Assembly (NCBI RefSeq): GCF_963853765.1
Contig: NC_088857.1
Coordinates: 8,804,001-8,868,000, forward strand
Direction of reading: 5' to 3'
Length of the DNA: 64,000 nucleotides
From: Magallana gigas
Taxonomy: Eukaryota
How positions within the stretch are numbered: the stretch's first letter is position 1; each line of letters begins with the position of its first letter. Both the position numbers and the translations under genes were made by a program. The notes below the pieces were generated by a model. That model saw only the letters and a list, made by a program, of their open reading frames with translations, was not told the DNA's origin and made no database searches. Of this stretch, positions 49,563 through 61,456 are shown piece by piece.

Positions 49563-52500
49563 TTACTCAACTTTTACCCTATTGTCAATTCGAACAACGA
49601 TCATTGCAAAACCAAGTAATATACACAAGTCATCAATGATAATCCGCACTTGATTCCAGAATAGCATTCTGTTGCCTTCTACCCAGTAGTTGATGTCACA
49701 GTCAATGAGGATTGTCAGGATTCCAAACATCACGATCACCGAGATGGACATGTCTCTCAGAAAGTGGCCCGAGAAAAAACTAATGGCACCGGCCGCCAAG
49801 ACGAGGGTGAAGAAATACCTACTCCAGTCACCGCCCGGGACATGGTACAAAAAGGCTTTCTTGTCCTCTACACTGTCGTTGAGAATATACACAAACGCCA
49901 TCAGAAATAGTCCTATGACGGTTTCTCCAAGCTTTTGCAATTGTTTTGATGGCAAGTTTTCAAAAATGGATGAGAAAAGGAGAAAAATACCAATACAGCC
50001 AATGTGACGAGATGCCATCCTAATCTGGGGACAAAAAGGAAACAGTTTCAGAAGTCAGACAGATAAAAACAAAAATTTAGAATACTACGTATTAAAAACT
50101 AAAAATTTTAACTTAATTTTCCTACACATGTATGAAGAGAGATAATTCAGGGACATGGAAAAGTCTTTACATTTTTTAGACTGACTAGTGTGGAATTTTT
50201 ACTGATATTATATAAATGAACTTGTGGACAAATACAGCAGTTGACTGGTATTAAGGACTACAGATTATTTATTTAACTTGAAAATGAATATAGCACTGGG
50301 GCCAAAAAAAGAACAAAGTCTAGCTTTCATTGATTCTTAGTCTTGCTTTTTCTCCTGTATATACTCCTTTTTTGTTAAAATGTGACTGAAATTTCAAGAG
50401 AGACTTTGTCCAAGTTTTATGACCTTTTACTGGGTGTGTGTCTAAAGCTGAAGATTAATTCAAGTAAAACAAATGTGTTCTTGAATCAAAGAAAAACAAA
50501 TACTGCAGCACATGCAACAACCTAGTTTTCTTTTACAGCTTCCTTTTGTTTTAAACTGTTGACAATTTCTTCCTAGTCATCAAATCAAAGATCATGATGA
50601 ACAAATAGGTGGGAAGGAAATTCTCAACTTTAAACAAAAAATTAAAATGATTATTTTTTATTGTATTGGTTTTACATCATCTTTGCTAGCCAAGGGTGAC
50701 AATTCACTGTGTTTCTCTATTCAATGAATATGAACAGAGAAACACTATGGATTGTCACCCTTGGCTATATAAGATGAGCAAAACAAACCATTTTAAAACT
50801 TGAATTACACCAAACCCTACTGGTTTAATTCTGCAATGCCAACTTTCACACAGCCATTGTTACAAAATAAGAGAAAAGCTTACTACCTTTCCGACACTGA
50901 ATAATAATAAACAATTTAATTCAAAATTTTATATATTATATAATTTTTAATTTATTTATTACTATATCATCAGTTCTCCAGATGGAGACCAACCCTCTCA
51001 CCTTTTGCCATTGGGTGTAGTCCATCTGTGTGTTAGTAAACAGGGTATACACCAGGTACAGCATTTGTCCGCAGTATACCAGTGAAACCTCCTTGCATTT
51101 GTAGCGGAAAGACAACAGAAATCCACAGACAACAAAAATCCCGATGTGTGTGTAGATTACTTTGGGTTGAATTGGTGGGTAACTGTGAGTGAATAAAAAA
51201 TCACAATAAACAGATGCCAACAACACGCAACATGTATACATGAAAACACAACACAAAATATTTTTGTAAAGACATATATTTAATATATTTCTTCACAATT
51301 AAAGCATTTAAAATGCACATCATTCAATGCCTGATACACCCATGAAACTCATAGAACTTTTTTAAACTGACTACATAACATATGCAATTGATCATTTTCA
51401 TGTACTGATTAATACATGTAAATATCAAACTATAGCACACCAGCTGTGCACAGTTAATTAAACATGTAACAGTGTATATCAAAATATATTTTACTTTTTA
51501 CAAGCATGTTTATAACAAAAATTTAAATAGACAAAAAACTTAGCAGCTCAGGAAAATGAAGCCTAACTACTAGGTTATCTGCACATGGCAAAATATTTCA
51601 TTTCTTTCTTACTTCAGTTAGGAATATGATAAAACATCAATGCACTTGCAGAGATCATGTAGATTGGAATTCTGGGAGGAAATTAAGCTATAAAACTGGT
51701 CAGTTTTTGGGTCAAACTGCACACTGTCAGTCTGGCAACTGACTTTTGGTATCAGCTGTAGCTATTGTAAGAATTCCACATACAAATATAAGTTTATATT
51801 GAATGCAGTGGTTTGCCACAAGCCTGTGACAAGGGAATTCAGAGGGATATTTATACAAAGTTACAATGAAAGAGAGCATCTAGAGTTGTATTATCTTATT
51901 CTTATAAATAAAGAAAAATCTGTGTGCTATCATAAATAGTGAACTCTTTATAATTACAGGGAACAAAAAATTATAGTCAGTCCAAAGATATGAATGCAGC
52001 AGAATTTGACAATTTTTAATAAAAAATAAAACATACCTGTGAAAGAAGTGCAATTGAAATAGATGAAAGGGGAAAATATCAAAGAAAATTTTATTCACAC
52101 ATTATCGTTTATCAATTGGAAAAATTCACAAGAATAGAAACTGATTTCTTATGGAGATTTATAATGGGGAATGTTGACATCTTTTCTCCATTTGCCGTGG
52201 GCCTTATGTGGGACTTGTTTTAGTATTAGCGCTCGGAATATCTCACATAATATTTCAATGTTATAATCCATGTCATATGTCCAGGTCTGTTGCAATACAT
52301 AATCCCAGTAGACATCACATTTTTAGCCATGTATTGAAACCTGATTATAAGCTAGAGGGGGCATTTCAAAGGAAAAATCTTGTTTTGGAAACTATATTTA
52401 TTCAAAAAGATTATGCATTTCCTCTCTAAATAATAATATTCCACTAGCCGACTTGCTTAGCTTTTTATAGCTTATCTTGTCAGAATATTTACGTTATGTT

Positions 52501-52712
52501 CTTATCGAACCGAATTTCCTCAAAAAAATACAACAGAATAAGATTCGTATTTCCTGAAGCAACTTCAATTTGCTCAGATCATCATTAAAGATACGTTACC
52601 TTTCATTTTGTGCACGCTCTGCAAGTAAAAGAAGCAAGCTTATTGCATTGAGAAATGGAAAACGTGCAATGAAAAATTCCGGTAACTTTCGCAACCAGTA
52701 AGCCGACGCCAT
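49563..52712 (-). CDS. TMEM101: Transmembrane protein 101 orthologue, 251 aa
   Basis: Exons 52712-52600, 51182-51002, 50024-49563 (756 nt). Motifs LLLAERA, WQKIRMASRHIGCIG, EDKKAFLYHVPGG and LIDCDINYW..MLFWNQ parallel the vertebrate TMEM101 segments as I recall them (LYAERA, WLKVRMYSR, EDRLAYLNHLPGG, LIDGNVAYW..EFWNQ). Confidence 0.88.
50687..50767. repeat. 81-bp hairpin in TMEM101 intron 2
   Basis: 37-bp arms with 4 mismatches (tagccaagggtgacaat...ttca / tgaa...attgtcacccttggcta), 7-nt loop, TA at both ends. Confidence 0.85.
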
Positions 52713-53614
52713 TTCTACAGGGAAGGGTACAACTTAGTGCCAAGCATTCCCACCCCCAGACGTTTCGACCCACCCGAAATTTCGACGTGCGACATTTCCG
52801 ACCTGATACGTTTCCAACCTAAAGTCCTCAGCGATTGGTGCATAAATTGTACGTATATAATCTTTCATTAAAATAGAAAAATGTAGTTTGATTGCTCGTT
52901 TCTATAATATGAAATCAATTCCCATCAAGCATTTATATATACACATGTAAATAGTTTCATAAGGTCCTAGCCAAAGGTACTGTGTATGTATTTTACTTAA
53001 GATTTCGAATCTCTGATGAGATAAAAACGATGTATAATAATCGTTAATTATTATACATGTCCGTTCTTCATAATAGTAATTTTATTTTTTTCCCCAATAT
53101 CATCACCTGAATGAAGTTAAAACATTTCTTAATAACAGTCTACTAGCCGTGTTACTGTGTCAAGTAACATTTAGGTCTTTAAGTTGAAACAAATTTTATT
53201 GATATTGATGAATATTTTTTTTTTACATTTCAGAAATGGAAACGCATATATAGTATACTTTTTATATATACATGTACATACATGCACATGCAATGTCGTT
53301 CGTAAGAAAACACTTTGTTTTGGCAATTACAATTAAATGGTAATTTCTAGTCCGCTTTAAATAAAGTTATTAACCACGGAGAGATTATTTAAGTTTCGTT
53401 AGGGCTATGTTTAACCGCTTAAGGCATTAAGATGGGGGATATATCCGTTGATTGATTGGAGTCGCACAGATTACAAGGAATTAAGAACGTCTACACTCCA
53501 AATCATTTTTAAAGAAGAACGCAGGGAAATCCGGGCAACCGGGACACAGGCGAGCCATTCGAAATCCAACAGAACAGGTATGTTTGTGGTTTATTTTTTT
53601 AGGTATCTGACATT

Positions 53615-54135
53615 TAAACAATAAAATGCTTTCTTTGGTGATTCATTCGGGATATGAAGGTAGCGACATTGCAGAAAAAATATGTCATTTTTTTCTGCAA
53701 TGATCGCTACCTTCAAAACCCGAATGAATCATCAAAGAAAGCATTTTATTCTTTATATTAACATCTCTCTTTTAGCTAATTGATAAATTGATTATGAAAA
53801 GTAATTAAAATTTACTAAATTACTGTTAATGTACGTAAGTGCATTAGCTAAAAGAAACAGCCAAATCGTCTCCTGTGAGACTTTGATTCTGACATCGTCA
53901 TGATTATTTCGTGCAGTCCGTGATTTTTCCTAGGTCGTTGTAGGTTTGGGCCAATCGATAAACAGGGCGTGTCAATATCTGTCCTGTCATTTTTTTGTCA
54001 GTTTCAGCTGCTGTAGATTTCGACCAATCGATTAACAGGGCGTGTAGATTTCAGTCTGGCTATAGAGCTATGAATTAACTATAAGTTTCCGTAAGAAATA
54101 GAAGGAATAATACTTGGTGGATGTAAATATATGTA
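53615..54135. repeat. Foldback composite repeat, copy 3 (uninterrupted)
   Basis: Colinear with 60-309 plus 1205-1498. Central hairpin core deleted and right TIR of the MITE-like module shortened by 6 nt. Confidence 0.9.
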
Positions 54136-54959
54136 TGTAAATACCCACCCACCCACATCCGAATCCTTAGGGGATGGAAAAATTTGCCTTACCAACTACC
54201 CAGCCACATTTGAAAGTCTTCTGGAAGCCATATACTTTCTGGATTACAGTGGGAGCACTGCAAGCTTATAGAAAAGAACAAAACCTTCTCTGTACATTCT
54301 AAATGAGAAGCGGACATTTTCTATTTTGATAAATATACAGTAACGTTATTATAATCAATTTTAAAAAAAAGGATATATCATAATATTTACAAGTAAATGG
54401 AAATAGAATGAAATTAATATCATTTTATTATAAACATATAAAAGAATTCATTAATCATTGAATATTATCAATGAAATCCTTTTTTAACCTGAAAATTATT
54501 ACCCATGAATGTTCGAGCCCCAGTTATATAAATGTATGCTGGTATTTTTAAATCACAGCATGGAGGTTTGATTAACGGGAATATCTAACTAATCCCTTGA
54601 CAAAACATTTTTAGAGTTGGCCCAGTTCAATTTTAGTTCACCTCGTATTTTTAAAACCATAATGTTAGGTGATTGTTTAGAGATCATGAACACATATTAC
54701 ACAGGGATTATACATGCACTGTAAATGTTTGATATTTCAAACGAAGATCCATACATATATTAACGTATAGGATATACCACCCGATTTATTCTCGATGAGA
54801 GTCAAGTGACTTAAAGCTTCTAAATTGCTCGGTGACATTTTCACAGACTAACACAGAGATTTAAATTCTGCATATGTGAAATAAAAAGTTTGCTCCTAAT
54901 TAAATATTACTGTGTTTTAGCAACGACTGTGAATACACATAAATAGGAAGAAGCTAAAC

Positions 54960-55002
54960 ATGACAGACCTCTCCCCAGAGGAAAAAGAAGCATTAGGTAA
55001 AG

Positions 55003-55070
<68 letters not shown>

Positions 55071-56237
55071 GGCGCCTAGTTTATTACTTGGCACTCAGTA
55101 CCTGTCTTGTATTATCTTGGCACGGTACCATTGACATTGACAGAGATCAGACGGTCCTTTGACTATCTTGATGTAAATAAAGATGGGAGAATATCAGTTC
55201 AAGAGGTTGTACGAGGGACACAAATCCATGGCTTAAATCCCACAAGCATGGAAGCCGACGAAATGATTGCAGAGATGGACATTAGCGGTATGTCAATTTA
55301 CAAAATACAATCTCCATTTTCTTGGTGTAGTTGCCCGGCAATGATAGCACTTATCTCCTGATAATATAAGATTTTGTTTCCACATGCGCAAATATTTACA
55401 TGTACATGTATACGGAAATGGGATTTATTGCAAACCTTTTAAAACAAAAAATGGAAAACCAATGTTGCTTATTTAAAAAAAATGCAAAATATATTCCTAA
55501 TTTAAGCAGAAAAATAAAGAAAATGCACAGACTGTTCCGGTGGTCTTTAACACTCGCCAGATAAAATTTCGAAAACTAAATTTTCTGCACACTCTATGTA
55601 CAGGGAATGGCTACGTGGAGTTTGAAGAGTACGAAAAGTTTATGAAAAAAGAACTCAAGAAAATGGACTATGAGCAAAAACTGCTGTTAGATGCTTTTAA
55701 GAAATTTGACAAAGATGACAATGGCTACGTATCGTTTGAGGAGCTAAAGAAAGCCCTCTGCGGCAAGGGGGATCGTATGTCTGACGAGGACGTCAAGTAT
55801 TTCTTTGAGGAAGCTGATGCCAACAAAGACGGCAAANNNNNNNNNNNNNNNNNNNNNNNNNNNNNNNNNNNNNNNNNNNNNNNNNNNNNNNNNNNNNNNN
55901 NNNNNNNNNNNNNNNNNNNNNNNNNNNNNNNNNNNNNNNNNNNNNNNNNNNNNNNNNNNNNNNNNNNNNNNNNNNNNNNNNNNNNNNNNNNNNNNNNNNN
56001 NNNNNNNNNNNNNNNNNNNNNNNNNNNNNNNNNNNNNNNNNNNNNNNNNNNNNNNNNNNNNNNNNNNNNNNNNNNNNNNNNNNNNNNNNNNNNNNNNNNN
56101 NNNNNNNNNNNNNNNNNNNNNNGGACTGACGGATGGACCGACCAACTTATAGATATATAGTATATATGTATATACATGTATACATAGGAAGCTGATGCCA
56201 ACAAAGACGGCAAAATAGATTTTAAAGGTACAAATTA

Positions 56238-56289
<52 letters not shown>

Positions 56290-56489
56290 CGACCGACCAA
56301 CTTATAGATATATAGTACAAAACCTATAAATTAATCAATATTAACGTATGAGTAGGATATTCTTAATATGTTTGTGTAGCATCTCGTTGATTAAAATATA
56401 ATTGACTTGCATGTTCATGTAGCACAACGCTTTTAAAATCAATTTTCCTTTTTATTTCAGAGTTTGTGATATGGTTCACAACAATGTAG
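54960..56489 (+). CDS. Calmodulin-like protein 1, four EF hands, ~151 aa
   Basis: Exons 54960-54996, 55144-55287, 55604-(55849, last 13 nt fall in the gap), 56461-56489. Loops DVNKDGRISVQE, DISGNGYVEFEE, DKDDNGYVSFEE, DANKDGKIDFKE (the IDFK residues of the last are taken from the duplicate at 56186-56227). Far too divergent to be canonical calmodulin. Confidence 0.88.
55006..55068. repeat. (TC)n microsatellite
   Basis: Direct reading; lies in the intron after the first coding exon. Confidence 0.95.
55837..56122. other. Assembly gap (286 N)
   Basis: Run of N interrupting the third coding exon of calmodulin-like 1. Confidence 1.
56238..56289. repeat. (GATA)n microsatellite, ~12 units
   Basis: Direct reading. 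Confidence 0.95.
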
Positions 56490-58165
56490 ATTCAACCATG
56501 TAGATTCATCTCTGTACGTGGAAGATATAACCAAAATATTATTCATTCAATATTGTTTCACAAATGATTGTTAACATTGTCCTCATATGTACGTTAATTT
56601 ACAATGAAATCAGTTTCAAGAAGATTATCCGAGAGACCAGTTAAAAATAAGTTTAATTGTGGATCATAAATCCAAATTCCAAACCAGGAGAGTACCTCGT
56701 GAAGAGTAATGAATTTCTGTAGCTTTAACAGTTGATGATGCGGTAAAAACATGTATTTGCTGTATAAGCTTTACTGTTTTCCAAATGAATGGTTGCTCAG
56801 GGCTTATTTTTGTGAAATAAAAAAACAACCTAAAATGTTTTGTTTTTCATCAGACAAGTACTATATAAACAAGCATCGGTCAAGTTAACGCACATGTGTC
56901 TAGTTATCAGACACGTAGCAACAAGCAGACTTACTTTTTCTCATATAATATAATAACATACAATGTAAAATGTAAAATCATTACTAGGAAAAGTTCGATA
57001 GTCGACCAGCTCTTACCTCATCCTACAGATTAGAAAATGGAATTTTTCTTTTTGAAAAAAAAATGAAGGTACATAATATGTAGATTTTATGGTTATAATT
57101 GTGTTGACAATTGTTGTTCTTTCTCACATTCGGAAACGATGCCTGTTTATAGCAAAGATAATTTGAGCTACAATAAAATTTGAATTATGTTATAATAAAT
57201 ATTAGATTCATTATACAAGGTACAGGAATACACTTAAGGGCAAAAATACAAGAACAAATCGAAAAATGCACAATAATATTTTTAAAAAACCCAACAAAAG
57301 GAACAACAACACCAAAAAACACCATAAAATAAGGACAAAGTTTCCAAAAAGGATTAAAAAAAAAGAAACAGTACACTACATAAAACCAAACGCTGCATTT
57401 ATTATTTACAAGTTTTACTAAAGAAAAACCCGCTATGATGAACATTTGAAATACTTACTATTTAGATAGTCCGAGGCATGTAAAAATAATTAAATCAGCA
57501 GTAAAATCAATTATTTTGTGTCAACCATTTCATTAATTAGTTTTCCGAAGGAATATATATAATGCAGCCATACTGCCTGTCCATCCTTAGTTATCTTAAT
57601 GTAAGCAGATGCAAGACGTTTCCCGCAAACAAATCTTCCCGTCTGTTACTTAGTTAATTGACCAAGTCCAAAACTTTCACCAAAGTCGCACAAGTTTATT
57701 TGGATCGTATAGTGGTATCAAGCTTATCAAAGCAAGTCTAATTCGGTTCTCATCTAATTCAGTTCTCTTCTTCGGTTCTATTCTGAATTGCTAACAATGT
57801 ACATGCATATATATACCCTTTCGACTGGGACAGACAGTTTCGATTACTCATGACCACCTGCGCTGGTCATGAGTGTAGATTTAGTGAGCAAATTCCTAAA
57901 CAATATTTTAATTCTAAATTCGGTATCAAAACTGTCAAAAATGTCCATCACAGCGTCAGGGGATGCGGGCTTCTGCAAATATGACAAATATAGCATTACT
58001 GTCCCACACCTGGACGTGTGAGATCATGCTGCTGCGCAATTAATTTCCAAAATATAATTTCCCAAGGACTTTCTAACATACATGTAATTATTGACATTTT
58101 AATAATTGCGCAGTTTGCATAAACAGCTTACATGTTTATTTCATAGTACTTAACAAGGTCATCTG

Positions 58166-58325
58166 NNNNNNNNNNNNNNNNNNNNNNNNNNNNNNNNNNN
58201 NNNNNNNNNNNNNNNNNNNNNNNNNNNNNNNNNNNNNNNNNNNNNNNNNNNNNNNNNNNNNNNNNNNNNNNNNNNNNNNNNNNNNNNNNNNNNNNNNNNN
58301 NNNNNNNNNNNNNNNNNNNNNNNNN
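58166..58325. other. Assembly gap (160 N)
   Basis: Run of N. Confidence 1.
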
Positions 58326-59322
58326 AAAAAACATCAAGTGTCTTATATGGTGCACTTATCGACGAAAAACAATCAAATTTGACCACTCCAGCCTGCAGTT
58401 TGGTGAGAGTCCTTTAAATATGATATTTTACTAATTACCAATTTTTCAAAAGGAATATACTCTCATACCTTTGGAACATTTAAGAACTTCTTCACACACA
58501 GACGGTGCCTTTTATTTATTCAATGTTTTTTGAAATCATAAATAATTGGACCTCTTAACATTTTTTTCCAATTACTATATAAAGAACACCGCCTGGTTAT
58601 GTGTTCGGTCTATGACTTTATCTATAAATGTCTGTCTCTGATCAAAATTTCATTCACAATGATGACACCTGTTAAAGATAATGCAACATTTCAGTGCATG
58701 TGTAGAATACGATAAAATCATACTTGGGTTAAATACATTGTAGATCACAAACAAAACCATACATATCTTTGTGTATAATTTGTATACCAACTGTATATTC
58801 AATCGCCGTCCTTTTTTGAGAACTAACGCAAAGATTGACTAACACGATTTCTTCTATCTTCATTAGGAAATTTTGAAATAAACTAAGGTATGCATTTAAA
58901 GTGTTCTGTTGAAGTGTTGTAAGCAGTATCACACGAACAGGGGTACTCGTCAGTAGCATCACAGAAGAAGGTATATCATTCAACAAGGCAAAGTATTGCT
59001 GTCACAAACATTACTCATAAAAAAGCAGGTACGTGGTTTTTTCTTCAACATCTAAATGCAAAATATCGATAATCTAATCTTTATAGGCTTTGTATGATTT
59101 TTGCTAGGTATATTTGCCAAGTTGGTCAATTTAGTGACTCTAAAGAGTCTTTGATTTGTTATTGTTACATTAACATTGTATGTAAAAAAAGAAAAGAAAA
59201 AAAATACAGTTTTGTAGCATAATGTGATTCACTTTTTTGGGAGGGGGGTCATTGCATAATCCCGCTTTAACATTGTTTTCTACCAAAGCAACACCAAATT
59301 TATCAACAAAATAGCCCCAAAC

Positions 59323-60227
59323 ATGTCAACAATTTCAAAGAAGGAAAAAGAAGCATTAGGTAAGAATGAAATTACTCTCTCCTTTGAAGTTTGATGAAAA
59401 CATACCTTAAAATATGTACTAGTATATTTATGTTTGTTAAAAACTATATCACATAATCAAGACTTCGTTTCCATTCATTGTTCGCCGTATTTGTTGACAG
59501 AAATAAAAGAGTCCTTTGATTTCATTGACGAGGACAAGGATGGTTTGATACAAGTGGAGGACATTGTTCGTGGGATACATATCCTGGGTTTAAAGCCCAC
59601 TAGCAAGGAGGTCGATAAGATAATTGCGGACCTAAATGCCTTAGGTATTTCATTATAATACAATACACAGTCACACTATTGTACTTATAAACCAAATACC
59701 AATAGTCTAAACGACTTTTTTTTTTAAATAAACGAGATCTAGTTATCATAATGAGTTTTCTTGTATTCTATTATTTTTCTACTTTTGTTCGAAAACAAAT
59801 GTAATCATGAAAGATTGGATACCACTTTAGATTGCAATTTAGTAAAGCACTATATCATGTTAGTTTTTGTATATCTTAACAGTTCTGCAACTACATGTAC
59901 ATGCAACTATTCTTATAATATTTTCTCTTACATGGCCTTATTATTTCCTTATTAAATTCTTTTTGCATTAGAAAAGCAATCTATGGACTTTGGCACTTAT
60001 GAGCAGTTCATGAAAAAGAAACTTAAAGAGGTGAACTATGAACATAATCTGTTTAAGAAGTCATTCAAGAAATTTGATAAGGACGGCGATGGCTTCGTCA
60101 CTTTTGAGGAGCTGAAGAGTGGCCTCAAAGGTATGGGAACCCGTATGTCTGATGGAGAGGTTCAACGTTATTTTGAAGAAGCTGATATCGATAAAGATGG
60201 CAAGATAGACTATGACGGTATGTGTAT

Positions 60228-60281
<54 letters not shown>

Positions 60282-61456
60282 GGACGGACAAACGAACAAA
60301 TTGATAGATGATTTACTTGACTCAAGCCTTTCTCACTCCCTTGTGGAGCATAGGCCACAGACAATTCTTCTCCACTTCTCTCTGTCCTTTGCTAGTTGGT
60401 GGATGGTGTTCCATTTGTGTCCTTTCTCGGCCATTTCTTTTTCAAGGACTCTTCTCCAGGTTAGTCTTGGCATTCACCTTTTCCTCTTCCCTTGTGGTGT
60501 CCATTGGAGGGCTTGACAGGTGATGTTAGATCTGCCTTTCCTTAGTGTATGACCAATCCATTTCCATTTTCTCTTTTTAATTTCTTGTGGAATAGGGATT
60601 TGGTTAGTAGTTCTCCAAAGGTCTTCATTAGTTATTTTGTTCGGCCACCATATCTGAAGGATGTTACTCAGACATCTGTTTGCAAAGGATTGGAGTTTTT
60701 TCCTGTTCGCCATTGTGGGGCCTCATGTTTCCGACCCGTAAAGTAGCACTAATTTTACGTTGCTATTAAATATCCTGAGTTTGGTCTTGATTGTTATGTA
60801 CTTGGACTTCCATACTTTTCTTAGCATACCAAATGCAGTATATGCCTTTGCTAGGCGTGATTTTACATCTTCCTCTGTTCCTCCACTATGGTTAACAACA
60901 CTTCCTAGATGTGTGAATGATGTAACATTTTCCAATTGAGTGTTATCAATTTCTATGCTGTTGATGTTGTTTTTTCTCATTAGCTTTGTTTTTTCCTTGT
61001 TGATTCGGAGCCCAGTCTTTGATGCATTTTTGACTAAGATTGATGTTTTCTCTTGCATTTGGTCGTACGTATGGGATAAAAGAGCCAAGTCATCGGCAAA
61101 ATCTAGGTCTTCAAGTTCGTTCATAAGGTTCCACTGGATTCCATTTCTTTTCCCTGCTGTTGTTTCTCTCATAATCCAGTCAATGGCCAAAAGGAACAAA
61201 AAGGGGGAGAGCAAGCAACCTTGTCGTACACCTGTTTTGATTTCAAATTCTGCACTTGTATCTCCTCCATGTATGACCTGGCATTTATAGATTGATAGAT
61301 ACTGTATGATAATTTTTTTTCACTCATCTTGTCAGCGTATTACATTTGAAATGTTTTGTACGAAACAAACTACACAATTCATGTATAGTTCTTTATTAAA
61401 TGATAATAAGTATTGTTTTCATTTCAGAATTTGTGAAATGGTTTTCAAATATGTAG
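59323..61456 (+). CDS. Calmodulin-like protein 2, 151 aa, EF2 degenerate; tandem paralogue
   Basis: Exons 59323-59359, 59501-59644, 59972-60217, 61428-61456 (37/144/246/29 nt, same sizes as paralogue 1). Loops [48 protein letters not shown]. Ends EFVKWFSNM* vs EFVIWFTTM*. Confidence 0.9.
60231..60281. repeat. (GATA)n microsatellite, ~12 units
   Basis: Direct reading; same intron position as 56238-56289. Confidence 0.95.
60310..61290 (-). mobile_element. 5'-truncated RTE-clade non-LTR retrotransposon (RT C-terminal part), 981 bp
   Basis: [57 protein letters not shown]. Two in-frame TGA stops (60725-60723, 60476-60474) and no frameshift between the two ORF pieces. TSD ATTGATAGAT at 60300-60309 and 61291-61300. 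Confidence 0.92.

Noticed and set aside
55540-56213. Long ORFs spanning N runs (also 7992-8505 and 58128-58386)
   Set aside because: Length is inflated by assembly gaps; only the real exon portions were used.
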